DNA of 63,817 nt, filler included, from Octopus bimaculoides (lineage: Eukaryota): assembly GCF_001194135.2 (NCBI RefSeq). It is 6 parts of 5 records of this genome, joined end to end, with 100 filler letters (N's around TTAATTAATTAA, not from the genome) between each part and the next. Parts side by side here need not be neighbours in the genome. Positions count along the whole stretch, not along the records: positions 44,350 to 57,448 come from NC_069008.1; positions 57,549 to 59,943 come from NW_026301203.1; positions 60,044 to 63,817 come from NC_068999.1; 3 more parts are not named here. The stretch is one strand, 5' to 3'. Every line of letters starts with the position of its first letter. Within the stretch, counting starts at the first letter, position 1. The notes under the pieces were generated by a model, which saw only the letters and a list, made by a program, of their open reading frames with translations, had not been told where the DNA came from and searched no databases. Position numbers and translations under genes: made by a program. Shown in pieces: positions 51,706-63,817 of this stretch.

Positions 51706-53519
51706 ATACGCATGCACACACACACACACATATACACACTAATCTTAAATCCTACACCGTCTCATCGCAATATATACGCGCGCAAATAAAGCAGAATGCG
51801 ATTTAAAAAAACACTTACCTTCACTGAGGTGGAGCGCCGTCTCTACACTTTAGGTGGTTATGTGAGGACTTCTTGTCAGGACTGTTCCTTAAGGCCACAA
51901 TTTCTCTCTGCTTTCCCTCCTGTCTTCTGTTGTATGTAATTTCCTCTATTAACCACGGTAGAGTCTACAGATATCAGCACTTTTCATAAATGCTAGCACT
52001 GACCACTGCTGTCTGTCCTATGTTCTCTAATCTGTATCACCTTCAGACTTAGGCTTGTCCGAAAATTACCAAAACACGCAGACTGTCCAAAAAACACAGT
52101 ACCATCCACTCAGATCAATATTGTTTACTAATATGCATGTATTTCCACACAAAAGTGAAGATACACCAAACTTTTCAATGCGTCTTCTTTGTTGCTACGA
52201 AGAAAAGAAGTCATTGACTAGAGACATGCGCTTCACGAAACGTACAGAAGAGACGCCTGCGTAGTTGTGGAAGTCGTTCCGATGTTAGCAGTGAGGCAAC
52301 TGTGGTGTTTGTGGTAGTGACGTTNNNNNNNNNNNNNNNNNNNNNNNNNNNNNNNNNNNNNNNNNNNNNNNNNNNNNNNNNNNNNNNNNNNNNNNNNNNN
52401 NNNNNNNNNNNNNNNNNNNNNNNNNNNNNNNNNNNNNNNNNNNNNNNNNNNNNNNNNNNNNNNNNNNNNNNNNNNNNNNNNNNNNNNNNNNNNNNNNNNN
52501 NNNNNNNNNNNNNNNNNNNNNNNNNNNNNNNNNNNNNNNNNNNNNNNNNNNNNNNNNNNNNNNNNNNNNNNNNNNNNNNNNNNNNNNNNNNNNNNNNNNN
52601 NNNNNNNNNNNNNNNNNNNNNNNNNNNNNNNNNNNNNNNNNNNNNNNNNNNNNNNNNNNNNNNNNNNNNNNNNNNNNNNNNNNNNNNNNNNNNTGTTTGT
52701 ACGCGTGCGCATATGTGACTTTGTCTGTGTGTCTGCGTGTGTGTGTGTATGTGTGTATACAGTGTATCCCCAAAATCAGGGCAAACATATTTTCTAATAT
52801 TCCCAGAGCAAGACATTGATATACTTCGGGACTGAGCGTTGCAATGCAATGGTAAACGAAACACATTTATGATGTGACCACATTTATTCGATATGACCAC
52901 CTCTGCTTCGAATCACAACCTTCAGTCTAGGTGTGAATGCTTCACACGCGGCAGGCAGCAGTTTTTGTGGAATCGAGCTCATTCCTGGCGAAGTTTTGCT
53001 TTTAGGGTGTCGAGCGAAGCATGAGAAGGGCTCGAGAGCTTCGCTTCCAAAATGGACCAAACAAAAAAATCCATTGTTTGACATCGGAGCTTCTTGAGGG
53101 CCATGCAACCTTGCTTATGAAAGACTGAATGCTTTCTGAATCGAGTGTTGTATGTGTCCGGATTTGTGGGGAAAATGCCGCTAATATATTGCTAGGTATG
53201 TGTGTTATACCTAGCAATATATTGCTAGGTATATGTCTTAACACCTGAGGTCACAAAAATAAGGGAAACCATCCAGTAGCTGTCACATCCGCCCAAACCA
53301 CACCTGACAGCGGATTTTGACGTCGATTTACGAGTCTAATCTCGACAGAACCAGATACATTCTAAGGTCGGTCATTCTGGTGGTTTACTGTCTGGGAACC
53401 GGTATTAAAGAAGGATAGGAAAATATTGGATTTATAAGCCCTAAAATTCACTCCATAATTCCTCATCTCTTAAATATAGAACGCGTGACTTCAGCAATCT
53501 GACGCAGGATGAGACGATT

Positions 53520-54033
53520 TCTCTCCAGTCTTGATTTCTCTTCCCTGAGTTCATAACGCCGGATTATCTTCTAGGGGTGGGTCGTGAGATCCAGCTTCAG
53601 CACTCGATACATCGATGTTCCCTTTGTTTTTGCTGTGGTAGCAAGTTTTCTGACGGAACGGCGAGAATTTCGCCGTATCATTGATCTGGTTCTTTTGAGA
53701 AGCTGAAGTGTCCGCACACTTCTTTTCGGTCACGTCTAAGTCGATCGTCACTCGAACCCGTCTCTTAAAATTTCCTTACAATTTTCCAGACTCTACTTCG
53801 GTTAATTCTAAGATTTTTTGTTATAGCCCTATTACTTTCGCCTCCTTTGTGGAGGGTTATGATTGTATTTCGGTCTCTAGCCATGATCTAATTTATGACT
53901 CGGAATTTATTTAGTCTGAAATAGAAAGAAGACACACTGAGTTTTTATAATGATATAATTTTCATATTTTATCACATTTATTGATCGTTATTAAAACCCG
54001 AAAACTCGGTTGCTTTAATCCCGAGACACACTG
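53520..54033 (-). mobile_element. Tc1/mariner-superfamily transposon left end with N-terminal HTH remnant
   Basis: TA|CAGTGTGTCTCGG terminus at 54033; ATG at 53884 gives MARDRNTIITLHKGGESNRAITKNLRINRSRVWKIVRKF*ETGS, continuing after a frameshift as ...RRNSRRSVRKLA. Confidence 0.75.
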
Positions 54034-54186
54034 TATATACCTATAAACAAATAACAACAAATCGATTGTGATTCACAATACGTGGGTAAGGATTTCTTCT
54101 TAAATGTTCTTGTACACGATTGCGCTATCACCGAACTAAGCTTCGTGTTTAAGGACCTCATTCTCTTGAATCCTGGAAATCGGATC

Positions 54187-54225
<39 letters not shown>

Positions 54226-54358
54226 ATGTCTATGTATGTGTGTGTGTATATATATAATATATATATATATGCACATATATATATATACATATATATATAT
54301 AATATATATATATATGCATATATATATACATATATATATATATAATATATATATGTAC

Positions 54359-54450
<92 letters not shown>

Positions 54451-54972
54451 GCATGTGTATATGTATATATGTATATGATATCTCATGTTTTTATGCATAT
54501 ATATATGATCCATACGCTTGGTTATTTTAGAAACAGCTGTAAGAGACACTGTATAACTATATTCTTCATCTAGATTCAGTGCTTCTTTAAGTGATACGAA
54601 ACAGCTTGCTTTTACATGCTTACTTTAATCTATTCCTACCTGCTCAAGGCAAAAGTCACCAATAGCCGCTTCCCATGGTCAGTCCCAACATTACACGTTC
54701 AGTTGCAGCTCACGACGGACATTTAGTGGTAAACCAAACTGACCACTTATTGTACATATCCATTCATTTTAGGTATTGGATAAAACTCCATCCGTATACG
54801 TGTGTATGTCATTGTTCACTTTTATTTCAGGATTTCTTTCCAATAGAGAAAGAGCCGGTTTCTAACCACGATCCAAAGTACTTCATTGGAATTTCAACAT
54901 CAACAACAGAGTATTTTTTCTATGTATGTATGTATGTATGTATGTATGTATGTATGTATGCATGTACGTGTG

Positions 54973-55004
<32 letters not shown>

Positions 55005-55149
55005 CATGTACGTGTGTATATATGTATGTATGTATGTATGTATGGATGTATGTATGTATGTATATCTGTATGTATGTATGTATGTACAGATTTGTATGTT
55101 TTATGTATGTATTCTCATGCATATATTTACATATTTAAACATACTCATA

Positions 55150-56000
55150 CATATTTGAATGATTAACTTCTAGAAAGTTTTTCAGATTTTTACAGTTCCA
55201 TTGATGGATTGGATCTGTATTCATCGAATGAGCTATCCCTTTTTTGGTTTTGAGAAGCCTAATTGGTATTTAGGCAGTGTGTTACATATCCCAGAGCCCC
55301 AATAATTACAGGTATAAACCTGAACTTGTAATCTGGATAGAGTAACTGCAGATTTCTCAATAGTTCAGCATAGGTGTTCTCTTTTTCACTGATGTTCAGC
55401 TTTATATTAACATCCGCTGGGCAGCTAATTTCCACAACTGTGAACAGTTTCTCTTTTCTATCCCAAATCATTATATCAGGCCTGTTGTGCTTATATTTCA
55501 TTGAGATGTTCACTGGGACATTCCATTAGTACTTCTTTGTATTATGAGTGGCTATGCAGTGGATTCTTATTTCTTTATCCTCGGAGTTATCCTTCCGACG
55601 AATTTCATTATAGAGTGTCCTAGCTACATCATGTCTCATCGGTAGATAATACCGTGATGACATTTTCGGACAATTGCTTTTGATGTGGGTGATAACTTCG
55701 GAGTTAACTCTATAAAGTCTGCATCGGTTGTCACATTTTACTGCTTTTCCTGCATCTCTATTCCATTTGTGCATCAGGTACGTGGTTCTTATTTCCTGTT
55801 CCTGGATTGTAAACGCATACCCTTCAAAGTGGGAGGTGTTAATCCGGCTGTTGGACAATGATAACCTGTTTTAATAATAGATGTTACTATCATCTCAAAG
55901 CTTTCTACTAACATATCCACACATAGTTTTCTGCTCATATAGGCTCTTCCTTTCATCTCATGATACGTTGCGGTAGAGTCGTGCGACTCCTTTGGGTATG
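55150..56000 (-). mobile_element. R4/NeSL-like LINE 3' fragment (degenerate CCHC + REL endonuclease)
   Basis: EGYAFTIQEQEI, CRLY...THIKSNC, RHD, KHNRPDIMIWD...VEISCP, PVIIGALG. Confidence 0.85.
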
Positions 56001-58479
56001 TATTCTAGGTTATCAAACAAATAATGTTGCTCAAAGAGCAGCCTTCCAAGTTTTATGATGTCATCAGCCCCGTATATGCAAGCTTGGTGAAGTCTCTTTT
56101 AAAGATGCAACGTTTCCCTGTTGAGCTTCTTGTCAGTCATAAGTGCTTTTATTCTAAAAGCTTCTTTCCTCAAACTGCTGCTCTCTCGAACTCACTACAG
56201 TCGTCCTTTCTTCCTTTGTTCTATGATATTCAGTCCATTAAGTTTTCTGTCAATCAACCTGTTTTGAATATGTGGGCCCCTTTCTTTTCCTTCTTCGTAT
56301 TCCATTGTACTACGCTAGCCTCAAACCTTGTTTGGGACGCAATCGTACAAAAAAACATCATGTGGTCTGTGTATAATACGTTGGTGTATAAACAGACATG
56401 ACCTAGATTTGAACTTGAAACTTTTATTGTCACATATATAATTTATGCTACATTTTTAAGTTGTTTTTCATTCTATTTATGCTTCAATAAATACAACCAT
56501 GTATTGAACCTAGGACAGCACTGATTCTCTTGGCTGCTGAGTTTAATCGAATTTGTCGATTTAAACATTGAAATGCTTTTTTTGCTGCCCAAACATGAAT
56601 TTCTGGAGCCGAGTGCCAATCCTTTTAACAGTAATCAACATAAGTATTAATTCAACCAACTAACCTCATCTGGCGACTGTCAGTCGATATATAGCATGAA
56701 CCTGTTAGACGTAGTACTGTCAGCTTGAACTAAATTAATTTACTGAACTGAATATTTGCTCTAACATTTTCAGTTACCTATATTACTTTCATACTTCGGT
56801 CGCGTGCTGACATACCATTAGATACAGTACATTATTACAAATCGTACAAAACAGATTAAAAGTAAACTAAACACAAAATCCCATCCAAATAATAAAATTA
56901 TCTTTTAAAAGTCAAAATCTCTCAACTAAATTATGGCTGGAAGATGAAAGTTTTCTCAAATTGGCCCCCCCTCCTCGGCTCCCTCCACGGTCTCAAGATG
57001 GCTCCGGAACCTGGTGCGTGCGTTCATCACTGTGTACCTAGGAAAATCTGAATTAGAATCAGGGCAATTAAGAGGCCAGAAGCTGGGGCTGGTAAAGTTG
57101 TAGAAATTTTCTGACAACCACTTCTGAGACTTTCCAAAGACATGGCTAGGATCCGGATCCTGCTAACACACATATAGACTTCCAACAGCAACCCTCTCAA
57201 GCAAATGTTTGACTAGTCAACAGTTATAAATAGCCGTTTGAAATGCGCATAAGACCTCTTTCATCAGTTTTAGGATGAAGTGCAGCGTGCCGTCGTTGTC
57301 AGAACGCCAGCTGTGTAAACTTCAGCCAGTCATAACTCCCTAGTTTCTCTTGTAGCTGCTTATGACGTGTCTTAGAGACTTTAAAGTGTTCAAAGCGCAT
57401 TAAGCATGATACACACACACACTCACATACATACATACATACATATCANNNNNNNNNNNNNNNNNNNNNNNNNNNNNNNNNNNNNNNNNNNNTTAATTAA
57501 TTAANNNNNNNNNNNNNNNNNNNNNNNNNNNNNNNNNNNNNNNNNNNNCTTGTCTTTGTCCTTTGGGATATATTTCAAAAGTATCTTTTGTACCAGTTAT
57601 TTAAAAATTGCTTCTTTTGAGGCATCCACAAAAGCTGCTTGTCATAAGCGTAATAAGAATAGATAGCTCCCACTCCCAAAGATTTGAATAAACATTTAAG
57701 AGCATTTAGATAAAGTTTCATAAACAGAAGAAAGGAAATTTATACAAATATACTGTCGTGCACAACAAAGATTTTTTCAAATGGAAACAAAATGTTATTT
57801 CTGATATCAGAGTTTCGCTATTCACAGAGAGGTATTCAATACAGTTCCCCACCTCCGGAAAACACACACACACATACACGCACACACACACACATACAAC
57901 ACAACACACACACATACACGCACGCTCTTCAAAAAGGGACAAAAGGAAGGGTAACTATTTCAATATATCCTCAAAACAACAGAAACACTGACCTTGTTAA
58001 TTCTAAACAAATGCACTTTTAGTAGATTTATAAACCTGTGTTAACGGTGGCTGTGTTAACAGCAAAACATTCGTTCAGCTCTGTCGTTTATCTTAAAGAC
58101 CAAAGCTAGTTGCTTTGTTTCTTGTAAGAGTTTGTAAGAGTTTGTAAGAGTTGGAGTCAGCTTTCTTATAAGTCTTTGCATTACTGAATTCAAATTTTGG
58201 CACAAGGCCAGCGATTTATGTGGGGAGGGGTTAGGCGATTTGATCGACCCCAGTGTTCAACAGGTACTTACTTTATCGACCGAGTCTTTGTATTATTGGT
58301 ACAAAGAAAAACAGCGAACTCGCAGAATAGTTAGTACGCAGTACAGAATGCTTAGTGGCATTTCTGAGTTCAAATTCCACCAAGGTCGACTTTACCTTTT
58401 ATCTTTTCGGGGTCGATAAAATAAGTACCAGAGAGAAAAATTCTCTTGTCTGTCAATGATTCTTTCTGGGTGATGAATA

Positions 58480-58680
58480 ATGGCTCGGGGCTATTCGAAA
58501 TCCCTATGGACTACTTTGATAGTGCTCAGATCTGAACTATGATGAGATTGTTTATTGTAGGAAACCTACGATCCAAATTTCGCTGCATAAAATTAGGGTT
58601 ATATAGAGACGACGGTCTAATCTTCACCTCTAATAAGAATGGCATTCAATAAGACATACTTAGAAAGAATTTAAACATTA
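58480..58680 (+). mobile_element. PLE RT fragment (GLYRDDGL type)
   Basis: FEIPMDYFDSAQI and, after a frameshift, KLGLYRDDGLIFT. Confidence 0.7.
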
Positions 58681-60564
58681 GAAGTCTCGTTCTTAGGATT
58701 TCTGTAAGTGCTAGTCAACATTTTATACACCATACTCAAACCAGCTTCATATATTTACAACACATACTGAAAGTCAAACAAAAATGTATTAAAAAACATA
58801 GACGTATCCCTCTACCAATCTGGAAAATTTACTTAAAAACAATGAGAGAATTTCTAGAATATTTTCTGATGGAGAAAATTACGCTGCTGTAATGTAAAAT
58901 GAAGCTTTAAGATGCTGGAGGAGGTCCAGATTTGGTTTCAAAGTCTCCAGATAAAACAGAACAGAGAAGTGTTTTTCTGTCTCTACAGCCGAAGAAATGC
59001 AGCTATTGTGCAAATCTGCCATTCAAAACATCGGCTGAACTATATATTTTAGAGTAGTTAAGCAGATCCTATCTTTTGAGAGTTAAGATATTCTCAGTGG
59101 ACAGTTGGAATTTAAACCGCTAACCATTGAGCTTTGGAGTGAGGACTATCTGGGTGCATGTTTCTTTCAGTTGTAACGTGCAGTATGGGAAGTAATATCA
59201 TCTAACCATGAATAGCTAATCTTGACATTATGGACATTAAAGAGTTTATAATATCTGGATTATTGGGCAAAGCTGTCTAAGTAGTTTCAGAAAGCTTCTA
59301 GCTACATTAGCAGAGACATCAGGGTAGAATAGGTGATTAAACCAGATTACATACATATATACACACAAACTTACACACATCTACATACATACATAAGTGT
59401 ATTCTGCATATATTTTATGATGTGTGAATTCACTGGAGATTTCAATTTTGCGATAAACCTTTCACAATCTTATTACTCTATGTTTTATTTTACACCGTAT
59501 AGAGTCCTCTTGTGAGAATTATACTTCTCAAATGCAAATTCGTGGTAACTAATAAAACATTTCACTGGTATGTATAAGTGTATACTTTTGTAAGGGCCTG
59601 TATGTCTATTTATATGCGTGTTTCTGTGCAATTTATAGATTTTGTTATTCAATTTTCTCCTTCATACTTACCCATTCATTCTATCATTCCCTCACTCAGT
59701 CCCGCTCTTTCAGTCGATTCAATCACAAATCCATCATATTTGTCTTCCTCTTCCTACTTCTCTCTTTCTCCTGCACTCCCTCTCTTTCTTTCCTCATCTT
59801 CTTCTCTCCTTTGCCCTTCACAGTATTTCAATCCAACTTTCTATTTCCGTATCCGTTATTACATTTAATTTCCCTTTGTCTTGTATAACCGACAGGAAAA
59901 ACAAACATACGTATACATACATACATGTATATATATATATATANNNNNNNNNNNNNNNNNNNNNNNNNNNNNNNNNNNNNNNNNNNNTTAATTAATTAAN
60001 NNNNNNNNNNNNNNNNNNNNNNNNNNNNNNNNNNNNNNNNNNNCATAGACTTCAAACATAAAGGATAGAACCACTGCTTTAACATATTCACATCAATAAT
60101 GGAAATCAAAATATTTACATTGTTTCTGTTGTCATAAAAGGCGGCGAGCTGGCAGAATCGTCAGCACGCTGGGCGAAATGCTGAGCGGTATTTCGTCTGC
60201 CGCTACATTCTGAGTTCAAATTCCGCCGAGGTCGACTTTGCTTTATATAGTCGCAGGAGCGGCTGCGTGGTACCTTCGGCAAGTGTTTCCTGCTATAGCC
60301 CCCGGCCGACCAAAGCCTTGTGAGTGGATTTGGTAGACGGAAATTGAAAGAATCCCGTCGTATGTGTGTGTGTGTTTGTCCCTACCATCGCTTGATAACC
60401 AATGTTGGTGTGTTTACGTCCTCGTAACCTAGCGGTTCGGCAAAACAGACCGATAGAATAAGTACTAGGTTTACAAAGAATAAGTCATGGGGTCTATTTG
60501 TTCGACTGAAAGTAGTGTTTTAGCATGGGCGCAGTTAAATGACTGAAACAAATAAAAGAATATC

Positions 60565-63231
60565 TCTGACAAAATGAGTTTAGAACGTAACGCATACCAT
60601 GTCGAGTCTACTATAATTTAGAGAGTAGTAGAGGAAATAGTGGGGATCAGGATAAAAAAAGAATGGTGACATAGTTACTTACACTTAGAAGACAATATGT
60701 AGAATGTAGTCTTCAACCATTTAGAATCAAATCCATTGAGAGTCGTCAACTGTATTCTAATTAATGGTGATAAATCAATTAATGTCAGACAATCTATTAA
60801 ACTCAGCCACAGCTAGTAGCAGTCTACTAAACCCAGTCTCAGCTAGTCGTAATGCAGTCAGCATAGTTAATATTAACGGAGCCAATAAACCACAGGTGAT
60901 ACACCGAGTATCCCAAATACAACCATTACAGGTTGATTACATAACATCTAATGATACAATCCAAGGCAGTAGGGTTAATATAAATTTAAGTAATAATACC
61001 TTTTATAAAAACTCGAATAATGGTGACATAACACTTGATAATATTTCTATGAATTTGAGCAGTACCCCAAATGACGACGCTATAAATACTAATAATAGGA
61101 TAAGTAATGCTAATAATAATAATCGCAGTTGCAATTGTAGGGAAAGATCCCAATGCCCGTTATTAGGTCAATGTTTAGCAAGAAATGCTAGATATAAATG
61201 TACACTAATGACAAAAACTAATAACTTTGTTTACATCGGGTGCTCCGTAAATATGAAAAAACGCTTGAATAACCATCTTTCATCCTTTAGACTTAGGCAT
61301 AAAGCCAGCAGTACCTCATTATCTACGAAAATCTGGGAACTCAAAGATAATAATATTAAATTCAGCCTAAAGTGGGATATAGTGCGTAGAACTCAGCCAT
61401 ACACAAATAGCCAGTATGGATGTGAACGATGTTGTATAGAGATATATGAAATATTCAAATATAGAGATAACGAAACCTAATTAATAATAAATTAGTTCTT
61501 AGAGTGTCATGTGTTCATAGGATTACCCGTACTTTTAAATACTTTATAAGTAGATAATAATAAGTATATCGTACTGTACTTTGGTAGCACGAGTTATCTG
61601 GGGTGCCATATCATTCATAGCCTACCTCTGTTATCTCAAAACCTATCCAATATCGCTTTCTAGTAACTCTTAGCCCGTTTGATCTACAAACTTTCAAATA
61701 ATTACATTATGTATTTACCCCTTCAGTATTGGGAATCTCTTCCCTAATAGTTAGTATAAGATATAAATTTTATAATGGGTTACCAAATTTCGAACTTCGC
61801 CTAAGTATAAAATATACCCACGAAGATCTGTTACTATTCTACCTAGATCATTGTCTTTGATGTATTTTAGAAATATGTTATAAATCCATTTCCAAAGGTA
61901 TTTTTATTTCCGTTAATATTTGATACATATATTTTATTTCATCTTGTATTAATAATAAATTATTATTATTATGTCTAGGAATTCTTTTCGATATACCAAT
62001 ATCATTATAAAATAATCCTTATTTCATTTTATTCTATATCCTTATTTATATCTCTTTTATGTCTTTTATATCATTCTGTAAAAGATATTTTATAAACTTT
62101 CATATTTTATATTACTAAATTTTTATGTATTTATATACCTTTTCATACATTTGTGTAGCTTTTATAGCTTATAAAAGGTTTGGCAAATATAATATATTTT
62201 TAGATTTGTAATTACATATATTTTATGAATTTTTATATTTTATATTTGATATTTTTATACATTTATACATCCTTTTATATACTTTCATAGTGTTTATAAT
62301 TTATAAAAAAATTTTTGACAATTTATAAGTTTTGTTTTATATAATTCACTGGATATGTGAATTCTTATGTTATTATAACTTTTAATCATGCAGTGTATTC
62401 ATTAAGTGTTTATATGCCCAAATTTGTTTAAATATTGTATCTGAACGTACTCTCTTATACGTTTGGTATATCTCTAATTTAATTACTCCATATATTGGAT
62501 ACCATTTCTTACGATAACTCATAACGAAGCGAAAAGTTTTTTTATATTGGTTTAACGTATACTATAAGTTTCTATTCATATGATAATTTAATTCCGTTAT
62601 ACATTCATTATAGAATATTTTATCGTGATCTTCTATATACTATGTTTAAGAAATGGTTTAATATATTTTTTTCTTATGTATTAAAGTATTCCATTATTAG
62701 GTTTTAGATTTAATTTCTAACTTTTTTTATATATTCATTTAAATTTTCTCGCTTTAACATTACAAATTTGCTAAGTTATAATATACTGCCTCAGTTATTC
62801 TCTAATTATAAATTCCACCCCTAAATTTTATATTACTTATCCCTTTGATTATTCATTATATTCCCCTTTAATAGGATAATCAAGATAAGTATTGGCCATT
62901 CCTAGCCTTCTTTCTTCCAATTATCATCCCTTCCCCATCAGGCATTCCAATATTACTACCCCACGCCCTACCCTTTTGTGTAGATAAAGTTGGATATATG
63001 GTTCCATTGAGTTTAACAGATTGACGTTGATTGATTTATCACCATTAACTAGAATACAGTTAACAACTCCCAATGGATTTGATTCTAAATGGTTGAAGAC
63101 TACATTCTACATATTGTCTTCCAGGTGTCACCATTCTTTTTTATCTTCATCCCTACTATTTCCTCTCCTACTCCCTAAATTATAGTAGACTCGACAAGGT
63201 ATGCATTATTTTCTAAACTCATTCTGCCAGA
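60565..63231 (+). mobile_element. RT-less Penelope-derived element with ~240-bp inverted termini
   Basis: 60565-60805 and 63008-63231 are inverted copies; the interior carries a GIY-YIG ORF and a very AT-rich tract; no RT motif seen. Confidence 0.75.
60764..61557 (+). pseudogene. PLE-type GIY-YIG endonuclease ORF (238 codons open to 61480; 1-nt frameshift before the conserved C-terminus)
   Basis: CNCRERSQCPLLGQCL, YIG, KKRLNNH.SF, LS.KIW.LK, C.RC.IE; the shifted frame continues LINNKLVLRVSCVH to a stop at 61555-61557. Confidence 0.8.
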
Positions 63232-63329
63232 AATATGACAACAGAAACAATGTAAATATTTTGAGCTTCATTATTGAGGTGAATATGTTAAAGCAGTGGT
63301 TGTACCCTTTATGTTTGAAGTCTATGCGG

Positions 63330-63391
63330 TCATCTGACGAGAACGGTTTCTTTCAAATGATGTAATGAGTCGCTTGAAAGGGCCGTAATGA
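63330..63391 (+). ncRNA. Degenerate minimal hammerhead motif with long helix II insert
   Basis: TCAT-CTGACGA-(35 nt)-GAAA-GGGCC-GTA-ATGA; helix I TCAT/ATGA perfect. Confidence 0.55.
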
Positions 63392-63817
63392 ATTGACACC
63401 TGTACATCTTCATTACTCATTTATATTTTATTCACCGACCTTGAAAGATGCACTTCGGAAATACTATAGAAAGTACCTTTATATAAAGTACTTGCGTGAA
63501 CTACCAAGAGCGGAATATTCACTCAGCTGGGTTGCGCTGTCTGCAAACACTACAGGAATATCAGTTGCAAACACTCCTGTACAGAGTATTGATATTCAAT
63601 ATTCAATTAATATTGCTTGGGTGTGCAGATTATGCCGACCTAACATGGTGCCTCGATTTAAGTACTTATTTCAACTGCACGATAAAGTGTAGTATATTGC
63701 CACTTAAGTGTGGCTGACCCCTAGGGGTGGATGTTACTGGAAAAGAAGATATAAGTTTGCCAGGTTTTTGTCTCTCTCACCAAGGTCATCAGCTGTCGAA
63801 CGCCGACGAAGGGAAAT

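Noticed and set aside
54530-54544. Isolated hammerhead half-motifs (GAAACAGCTGTAAGA here; also ~29650 and ~57245)
   Set aside because: The other half of the core or helix II is missing or too degenerate to call.
63393-63692. 99-aa ORF near the window end
   Set aside because: Non-ATG start, no recognisable motif and no splice support.

Overview
AT-rich, microsatellite- and repeat-dense animal DNA. The SINE/RTE repeat families and (TATG)n/(CA)n/(ATT)n load resemble an octopod cephalopod genome (inference, no database search). The window is not contiguous: five identical 100-bp spacers (44 N + TTAATTAATTAA + 44 N) join six separately assembled pieces. Host genes supported: a complete 4-exon TMEM256/DUF423-family gene (+, CDS 5447-20083, 145 aa); the terminal exon of a ketohexokinase-like PfkB kinase (-, 30625-30877); and a signal-peptide + PAN/apple-like first coding exon (-, 47980-48277). 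Most of the rest is decayed mobile DNA: RTE, Tx1/L1-like and R4/Dong-like LINEs, Penelope-like elements (PLEs), mariner/Tc1 remnants and tRNA-derived SINEs. The most notable unannotated signals are: (i) at least eight minimal hammerhead-ribozyme (HHR) motifs of the PLE/retrozyme type, from several sequence families, two of them sense-oriented in TMEM256 introns; (ii) a stack of R4/Dong-like 3' ends nested in (TAA)n tracts; (iii) an RT-less GIY-YIG element with ~240-bp inverted termini; and (iv) repeated fold-back (inverted-duplication) architectures. All alignments and folds were done by eye.
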